Assembly: GCA_020718045.1 (NCBI GenBank)
Contig: DYDD01000005.1
Span: forward strand, 1-37,353
DNA length: 37,353 bases
DNA from: Fibrobacter sp.
GTDB taxonomy: Bacteria > Krumholzibacteriota > Krumholzibacteriia > LZORAL124-64-63
Reading direction: 5' to 3'
The position numbers and the translations under genes are program-made. Positions 32,765 to 37,353 of this stretch are shown one piece after another. The notes under the pieces are model-generated. The model was not told where the DNA came from, searched no databases, and saw only the letters and a list, made by a program, of their open reading frames with translations. Within the stretch, counting starts at the first letter, position 1; each line of letters opens with the position of its first letter.

Positions 32765-33176
32765 CGTCGTAGGTTCGGCTCCCGCCACCGACCGCGTTGC
32801 TGCGGCAGTAGACGCAGTGGGCGTGGCCGGCGTCCTCATGGTGAATGTTGAACCGATCGCGGTCCGTGGGGATCGTCTGCCGGCAGAGGGTGCGCCGACC
32901 GTCGCGAGTCAGGTGGACGTGGCTGGGCTTCGCGTCGGTGCCGTTGTCGTACTTGCCAAGCCACTGCCACCAGATGGGCGTGGGGCGGGCCCTGTGGGCG
33001 CCCACCAGGCGCCAGCAGCCGATCGGGAGTAGGCGTTGGGCGGATATCTCGCTGAGCGTCAGACGCGCACCTCCGGCCTCGAGGTTGGCCATGCAGTGGA
33101 AGGCCGGGCGGAACTTGGTCACAAGAGCGATGCGGTCCACGACGACGTGGGTGGTCGCGGTGGTCTGGTTATCCAC
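32748..33176 (-). CDS. Hypothetical protein (142 aa), ends ...YDAEGVR
   Basis: ORF with an ATG start. Cys/His-rich C-terminal half (HEDAGHAHCVYC). Confidence 0.5.
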   Translation of the reverse strand: MDNQTTATTHVVVDRIALVTKFRPAFHCMANLEAGGARLTLSEISAQRLLPIGCWRLVGAHRARPTPIWWQWLGKYDNGTDAKPSHVHLTRDGRRTLCRQTIPTDRDRFNIHHEDAGHAHCVYCRSNAVGGGSRTYDAEGVR

Positions 33177-33690
33177 GGCGGATCGCCTCCTTCGGGTCCG
33201 CCCGCAGGCGGAGGATCGTGGCGCGGGCCTCCTGGGCTACCAGCTCGGCCTCGTCGCGGTCCAGGCCGTGGTCGATCACCACGCCCCGGGTCGACGCCGG
33301 GAGCGCGAGGACAGCGTAGCCGTGGGTCTGCGCGGGCATGAGGTGGAGGACCTGGACCTGACGGGCGGGGTCGTCGACCAGGTGGTAGACCTGGGCGCAG
33401 GGAAGGGCGCGGCGGGTGGCATCGACTGCGGCCGCCGCGGCGGCGTTCTGCTCGCAGATGTTGGCCAGCATGCGCGCGTGGTGTGAGCTGGTATCCTCAA
33501 GGAACTTCCAGTAGTTCGGGTCGTTGGGGATGAACTCCGGGAAGCCGTCGTCGCCGCCAATGAGGCCGAGGCGCTCCAGGTACGCGCGGGCGCGGGCCGT
33601 GAACGCGCGGCCGGCGTTGATGGGGGGCGGCGGAGGCGGCGGTGGGAGCTCACCAAGCGGAAGCGGACGCGGGACCTTTCTGTCTCCCAT
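33169..33690 (-). CDS. Hypothetical protein (173 aa) with an N-terminal poly-proline run
   Basis: The ATG at 33690 lies in the conserved junction. Confidence 0.5.
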   Translation of the reverse strand: MGDRKVPRPLPLGELPPPPPPPPINAGRAFTARARAYLERLGLIGGDDGFPEFIPNDPNYWKFLEDTSSHHARMLANICEQNAAAAAAVDATRRALPCAQVYHLVDDPARQVQVLHLMPAQTHGYAVLALPASTRGVVIDHGLDRDEAELVAQEARATILRLRADPKEAIRRG

Positions 33691-33706
33691 CAGCGCACCC
33701 CCTCGG
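33685..33706. repeat. Junction repeat copy 2
   Basis: TCCCATCAGCGCACCCCCTCGG, identical to copy 1. The flanking GTCGTAG is also shared, after a 3-nt indel. Confidence 0.85.
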
Positions 33707-33965
33707 TCGGGTCGTAGCTGATCCCGTGAATGCGCCAGTCATCGATGCACTTCACGATGACCCCGGATCTCAGACCGGTGCGCTTCTGTCTGGCGGTCAG
33801 TCGCGGGGTACCGGATCGCCGCTCCTTCGTAAGCGGTGCAGTGCAGTCGCCGGGGCGCATCTTCTTCAGCACCTTGCGGCGGATGTGCCCCCAGGCGTGG
33901 CCGCCGAAGCTGCCCCCGCCTCGCACGCGGATCTGGTTGCGCAGGACCTGACGGGCGAGGCTCAT
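33690..33965 (-). CDS. Hypothetical basic protein (91 aa), ends ...YDPTEGVR
   Basis: The ATG at 33965 lies in an ATGA overlap. Confidence 0.45.
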   Translation of the reverse strand: MSLARQVLRNQIRVRGGGSFGGHAWGHIRRKVLKKMRPGDCTAPLTKERRSGTPRLTARQKRTGLRSGVIVKCIDDWRIHGISYDPTEGVR

Positions 33966-34282
33966 GGCCGCACCTCCCCGTTGATTCTCCACCAGGGCAG
34001 CGGATGGGACTTGCTGGGCGAGACCTCTACGGCTTGCGCGCGCTCAGCCGCGGGGTGCGCGCTGCAGTCGGAGATCAGCCGGGCCACATCGAAGGCGTCG
34101 CAGACGCGCTCGAGGGCCTCGGCCTCGCCCAGCGTCGTCGAGACGTCGGACCAGGAGTTGGGGGTGAACGACACCAGGGCGGCCGGCAGCTCGTCACGGG
34201 GGACGCCCAGCTGCGCGAGGGCGCGGCCAAGGGCGGAGGCCATGGAGCGAGCCAGGGAGAGGTTCAGGGTGATGGGGCTCAT
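33962..34282 (-). CDS. Hypothetical protein (106 aa)
   Basis: The ATG at 34282 is preceded by AAGGAGG and lies in an ATGA overlap. Confidence 0.55.
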   Translation of the reverse strand: MSPITLNLSLARSMASALGRALAQLGVPRDELPAALVSFTPNSWSDVSTTLGEAEALERVCDAFDVARLISDCSAHPAAERAQAVEVSPSKSHPLPWWRINGEVRP

Positions 34283-34500
34283 CGGGCCTCCTTCACGCCG
34301 TCGACCGGCTTGAACTTCACCGGGCTGGGGTCGCGGGTGGTGACCTCGACGGCCACGTAGATCACGTGGCGGACGCCGTCCTGCTCGAAGAAGTCGGCGG
34401 CTGCAGTGCGGGCGTCCTTGATGTCCGAGCACGGTTCGCAGCACTCGCAACCGGTGCCGCCGTCAGTGGTGACCAGGTACTGGTTTCTCACTTCGCACAT
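34279..34500 (-). CDS. Small Cys-rich protein (73 aa)
   Basis: The ATG at 34500 is preceded by GGAGGTG with a 5-nt spacer. Contains a CECCEPC cluster. Confidence 0.55.
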   Translation of the reverse strand: MCEVRNQYLVTTDGGTGCECCEPCSDIKDARTAAADFFEQDGVRHVIYVAVEVTTRDPSPVKFKPVDGVKEAR

Positions 34501-34718
34501 GTCGGCACCTCCATGGCCGCGGTCGCGGGCTGGGTGTTGGCCAGCTCGACCAGGCGGTAGGACTCGTTGGCGGCGAGGGCGACGAACAGGCAGGCGCCGG
34601 CGACGCCCAGCGCCCGGGTGAAGCGGTCGGCCTCGCGGCAGCGGAGGCGCAGGAGCGTCCAGGCGGCGATCAGGGCCAGGGCTACCAGGACGACGCTCGA
34701 GGCGATCTGGTGTGTCAT
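34488..34718 (-). CDS. Small membrane protein (76 aa, two TM segments)
   Basis: SSVVLVALALIAAWTLL and ALGVAGACLFVALAA. The ATG at 34718 follows junction repeat copy 3. Confidence 0.5.
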   Translation of the reverse strand: MTHQIASSVVLVALALIAAWTLLRLRCREADRFTRALGVAGACLFVALAANESYRLVELANTQPATAAMEVPTCAK

Positions 34719-34789
34719 CGCGCACCCCCTCGGCTGGGGCGGTTGACGGCCGCGGTGCGCGGTGCTACGTTCTGAGGGCGGTGATCCAT
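34715..34789 (-). CDS. Possible 24-codon mini-ORF or leader peptide
   Basis: The ATG at 34789 is preceded by GGAGGAAAGG. Its stop makes an ATGA overlap with the next gene. Too short to assess. Confidence 0.25.
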   Translation of the reverse strand: MDHRPQNVAPRTAAVNRPSRGGAR

Positions 34790-34852
34790 GGACCTTTCCT
34801 CCGTGGTTGCTGCGCTGGCCGGCGGTGTTCAGGCACCTCCGGCCTCTTCGTT

Positions 34853-35110
34853 TCAGGGCCTCGAGGCCCACTCCTCGACTTGGTTGGCGGCTGACCCAGG
34901 CACAAGCGCCCGACGCGGGTCCCCGGTGCTGCGATCCCTTCGCGTGTCCGAGGTGCCCGCGGCTCGGGCGCCCCGGGCGTAGGAGTCCTGGGCCAGCCGC
35001 ACGTCCGCTCTCCGTTGCTCCGCACAGCGGAGCGCCTCGAGCACCGGGCGGCGGTAGGCCGCGGCGATGATCTGGGCGCGCTGCTGGGGGGTGAGGGCGG
35101 GAGGGGTCAT
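34853..35110 (-). CDS. Hypothetical protein (85 aa)
   Basis: The ATG at 35110 lies in an ATGA overlap. GC3 is about 80 percent. The C-terminal half is low-complexity, so the reading frame there is less certain. Confidence 0.4.
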   Translation of the reverse strand: MTPPALTPQQRAQIIAAAYRRPVLEALRCAEQRRADVRLAQDSYARGARAAGTSDTRRDRSTGDPRRALVPGSAANQVEEWASRP

Positions 35111-35466
35111 TCGATCGGCTCCCGGTGCCTGCAGTCGATGCGGCTGTCAGCCGCGGCGATGGTGCTCGTCACGCGATCAGCGAAAAAGCACGGGAGATAA
35201 CCGCCGAAACACCGGTACACCTCGGGGCTCCGACACGCGCCCCGCAGAATCCGTTCGGGCTGGTTGGGCTCATAGATGTGAAGTCTGGGCGTGAAATAGC
35301 GGCAGTCGATCGGCCTCGAGTAAGGCGCAAAGCAGCACCCCCTCGTTGTTGGTTGACTGGAGCCGCACTCGTCCGCCTCATCCATCTTCACCAGCTCGTC
35401 CGCCGCGTCCTTCAGCGCGCCGGCGGCGGCTGCGATCTTCTTCCTGACCTTCTCCCGCTTCGTCAC
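35107..35466 (-). CDS. Cys-rich hypothetical protein (119 aa, 8 Cys)
   Basis: GTG at 35466 lies in a GTGA overlap with the HTH gene. Confidence 0.5.
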   Translation of the reverse strand: MTKREKVRKKIAAAAGALKDAADELVKMDEADECGSSQPTTRGCCFAPYSRPIDCRYFTPRLHIYEPNQPERILRGACRSPEVYRCFGGYLPCFFADRVTSTIAAADSRIDCRHREPIE

Positions 35467-35708
35467 GACCGCTCCCCCTCGTTGAAGTCGATCAGCGCCT
35501 GGATCAGCGTGTCGGTCTCGACGCCCAGGGCCCGGGCCAGATACATCGCCTTGTCGCAAGACGTGAAGGCCGCGTCGCCGTTCTCCAGGCTTTCGACCAC
35601 GGCCGCGTTGACGCCAGCCTTGCGGGCGAGCTCGGCGCGCGACAGGCCCAGCTCCTCGCGCCAGGCGTGCAGGGGATGGACTGCGACGGTAGCGGCGGGT
35701 TTCTTCAT
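35463..35708 (-). CDS. XRE-family HTH protein (81 aa), second gene of the early operon
   Basis: LHAWREELGLSRAELARKAGVNAAVVESLENG is a classic XRE HTH. ATGA overlap with the first gene. Confidence 0.75.
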   Translation of the reverse strand: MKKPAATVAVHPLHAWREELGLSRAELARKAGVNAAVVESLENGDAAFTSCDKAMYLARALGVETDTLIQALIDFNEGERS

Positions 35709-35956
35709 GACGCCTTCCTCGGGACGCGGTGGGTGTCGTTCCAGGCTTCGATCTCGGCCACGAGCACGTCCGAGGAGACGCCCAGGCCGGCGGCGATGCG
35801 CGCGCAGTTGTCGGCGCGAGGGAACTGGACCTCGCCGCGCTCGACGATCGAGATCGCCGCGGGCTGTACACCGCACTTCGCCGACAGCTTCTCCAGCGTC
35901 AGGCCCAGGCTCTTCCTGCGTATGCGAACGGGGTGCTCTGTTGCGGCAGGTTTCAT
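35705..35956 (-). CDS. XRE-family HTH protein (83 aa), Cro-like first gene of the early operon
   Basis: IRRKSLGLTLEKLSAKCGVQPAAISIVERGE. GGAG RBS. Divergent from the repressor gene. Confidence 0.75.
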   Translation of the reverse strand: MKPAATEHPVRIRRKSLGLTLEKLSAKCGVQPAAISIVERGEVQFPRADNCARIAAGLGVSSDVLVAEIEAWNDTHRVPRKAS

Positions 35957-36003
35957 GGCTCCATCCTGCTTTCATTCCTGAAATCTTACGACCACGGCGA
36001 CGA

Positions 36004-36031
36004 ACTATAATGTGTTCGACCAAACGCGCAA
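36004..36031 (-). promoter_or_regulatory. Candidate leftward early promoter
   Basis: On the minus strand: TTGCGC (36031-36026), a 16-nt spacer, then TATAGT (36009-36004). It lies about 45 nt upstream of the ATG at 35956. Confidence 0.45.
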
Positions 36032-36036
36032 GGACT

Positions 36037-36046
36037 TTATCGATAA
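36037..36046. promoter_or_regulatory. Perfect 10-bp palindrome TTATCGATAA between the two -35 elements (operator candidate)
   Basis: Read directly. A second inverted repeat, CGAAC-N8-GTTCG at 36001-36018, overlaps the leftward -10. Confidence 0.45.
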
Positions 36047-36047
36047 T

Positions 36048-36076
36048 TTCCCAACTATTTTTTGAGGGTGTATAAT
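36048..36076 (+). promoter_or_regulatory. Candidate rightward promoter for the repressor gene
   Basis: TTCCCA (36048-36053), a 17-nt spacer, then a perfect TATAAT (36071-36076) with TG immediately upstream. Confidence 0.5.
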
Positions 36077-36116
36077 TCCTATGGGACAAGAAGAATTTTG
36101 CGGCGGGGGGTCATAC

Positions 36117-36578
36117 ATGCCATCGAAACGCGACGACTTTGATCCGGTGCTTGTGGATTTTCGGGTTAGATTTAGCGATCGCGTAAAGCATTGGTACTTA
36201 TCAAGAAAGCCGCCGATGGTGCAGCGCCAATTTGCGACGTTAATCGGACTTCACCACGCAACGGTCAATGGATACCTAAACCATCCCGAAAGCATGGCGG
36301 CTAGTTTCATCGAAAAAGTAAGCGCCCGAATACCAGAGTTCGAGACGGAATGGATCGCATACCGGCGCCTTGAGGAGGCGACGTCAGACTCGGCCGCCGA
36401 GGCAATTACGGCGATACGATCGTCGGTCGCCAGGAGGGCGGCAATTAGACAAGCTGCTGGATCAATTAAGGATGCGCTCGCCGAACTGCTCAAGCTCATG
36501 GACCAGCTGGCCGATGAACCCGCGGACGCGCCGGCAAAGCCCGGCCGTTCCCAGCCGGCACGTCGCCGGAAGGGGTAA
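36117..36578 (+). CDS. CI-like repressor candidate (HTH; no S24 peptidase domain)
   Basis: Divergent from the Cro-like gene and adjacent to the recombinase. VQRQFATLIGLHHATVNGYLN is HTH-like. The C-terminal half is Ala-rich and helical. The ATG at 36117 follows GGGGGG. The ATG at 36081 lies only 4 nt after the -10 and so is probably not transcribed. Confidence 0.55.
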   Translation: MPSKRDDFDPVLVDFRVRFSDRVKHWYLSRKPPMVQRQFATLIGLHHATVNGYLNHPESMAASFIEKVSARIPEFETEWIAYRRLEEATSDSAAEAITAIRSSVARRAAIRQAAGSIKDALAELLKLMDQLADEPADAPAKPGRSQPARRRKG

Positions 36579-36603
36579 TCGCCCGGCAACAGGGAGCCGC
36601 AGC

Positions 36604-36783
36604 GTGGAGCACCGTCAGGTTGAGCAGCTGTCCGCATCTGCAGTCCGTATCGCCCAGCTTGCCGAGGACCTGGTCCGGCTGATCTCTGAAGAGATTGCCG
36701 CAACCCAAGGAGGGCCGCCCCCCTCGACCGAACCAGATCGCGAGCCCGGCGAGCAGCTGCTCGAGCGCCAGGCCCGCGAGTGA
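36604..36783 (+). CDS. Small helical ORF (59 aa) between repressor and recombinase; function unknown
   Basis: GTG at 36604 follows AGGGAG with a 7-nt spacer. GC3 is about 73 percent. The antisense ORF 36496-36825 looks like junk. Confidence 0.35.
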   Translation: MEHRQVEQLSASAVRIAQLAEDLVRLISEEIAATQGGPPPSTEPDREPGEQLLERQARE

Positions 36784-36835
36784 TCGGCGGGCGCCCGGCT
36801 TGCCGCGGGCGCCTGCCGCCGCCATCGGAGTGACC

Positions 36836-37353
36836 GTGGATTTGATCCCCTGCCCCTCGCCGCGCCCCCTCCCTCGCAGCTGCGTGATTTACGCCCGGTA
36901 TTCTACTGACCGCCAGGACCGAATGCGGTGCCGCGACCAGGTGCGGGTGTGCTTTGACTACGCCCAGAAGCAGGGTTGGACCGTGAGCGGGGTCTACCAG
37001 GACGAGGCACTGAGTGGGACCCTGGGACGCGATGGCCGCGCAGACTGGGACCGGCTGATGACCGACGTCGAGTCCGGGACCATCCCCGCCGGAGCGGTGA
37101 TCCTGACGTTCACCTGGTCACGATGGAGCCGGGACGCCTACGAGGGCCCGATCGCCCGCATGGAGGTCCAGCGCCGCGGCTATGACGTCGCCGACGTGCG
37201 CCAGGGGGTCTACGGCCGGGACATCGGCGGCCGGCTGCTGGTCACGATCGAGGAGCATCGCAGTTCGGAATTCATCCTGGAGCTGCGGGCGGCACCAGGC
37301 CGTGAACTCTCCCACAGCGTCCTCTTGAAGCGGATGAAGGTCGACGCCAAGAC
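36836..37353 (+). CDS. Serine recombinase (probable large serine integrase), N-terminal part; runs off the window
   Basis: Not in the ORF track because it has no stop. The frame is open from GTG 36836 (GGAG 5 nt upstream) to the window end. VIYARYSTDRQ holds the catalytic Ser motif, followed by YQDEALSGT and LTFTWSRWSRD (the dRlsR-type motif). Confidence 0.8.
   Translation, partial: MDLIPCPSPRPLPRSCVIYARYSTDRQDRMRCRDQVRVCFDYAQKQGWTVSGVYQDEALSGTLGRDGRADWDRLMTDVESGTIPAGAVILTFTWSRWSRDAYEGPIARMEVQRRGYDVADVRQGVYGRDIGGRLLVTIEEHRSSEFILELRAAPGRELSHSVLLKRMKVDAK

Larger units (their letters stand above)
843..37353. mobile_element. Lambda-like siphovirus-type prophage. Left end at about 815-858; right end lies beyond the window.
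   Basis: Nearly gap-free run of phage genes in lambda order on the minus strand (terS, terL, W, portal, protease/capsid, connector, Z, U, V, G/GT, H, M, L, K, J, fibre, lysis). There is also an early/replication operon, a divergent repressor/Cro-like switch, and a serine recombinase at the right edge. Confidence 0.9.

Noticed and set aside
33621-33650. GGC/GGN-rich tract encoding PPPPPPPP, considered as a slippage-prone contingency repeat
   Set aside because: The tract is not a perfect homopolymer or simple-sequence repeat at the nucleotide level (GGGGGGCGGCGGAGGCGGCGGTGGG), so phase variation is unlikely.
36081-36116. ATG at 36081 as the repressor start (as in the ORF track)
   Set aside because: It lies only 4 nt downstream of the best -10 hexamer, so it would probably be upstream of the transcription start. 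The ATG at 36117 has a G-rich SD. Kept as an alternative only.
36496-36825. 109-aa minus-strand ORF between the repressor and the recombinase
   Set aside because: Gly/Arg/Ala-rich junk translation with no RBS. It would be transcribed against both flanking plus-strand genes.
1-37353. tRNA, rRNA, CRISPR arrays, transposase/IS elements
   Set aside because: Intergenic space is minimal. The only gaps longer than 100 nt (23793-24020, 27441-27558, 35957-36116) show no cloverleaf-like or spaced-repeat structure. No transposase-like ORF is present.

Overview
High-GC window (about two-thirds G+C in hand-counted 60-nt samples) that is almost entirely one lambda-like siphovirus-type prophage of about 36 kb. 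Reading right to left on the minus strand: a divergent immunity switch (35957-36116), a tightly coupled early/replication operon (35956 to 24021), a cos/late-control region (23793-24020), then terS, gpA-type terL, a gpW-like protein, a lambda-family portal, an HK97 protease fused in frame to the capsid gene, Z/U/V/G-GT/H/M/L/K/J-like tail genes, a fibre, two secreted cargo proteins and a lysis cassette ending near 859. The plus strand carries only a CI-like repressor, one small ORF and a serine recombinase that runs off the right edge. The left prophage end abuts a 5'-truncated sigma-54 activator gene (42-842), which suggests integration inside that regulator. Points worth a second look:
- a 10-bp-phased iteron array with an AT-rich flank inside the replisome-organizer gene
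- a RecU-like resolvase gene broken by one in-frame TAG
- a lambda-identical G GGA AAG -1 frameshift site
- direct repeats bracketing a low-GC gene cassette
- a gene-junction sequence present three times
- a low-GC chimeric secreted deacetylase-like cargo gene
- an HNH endonuclease island
- a GC3-rich ORF with only a CTGA-coupled start
No tRNA, rRNA or CRISPR array was seen. All functional calls rest on motif recognition from memory; no database search was possible.
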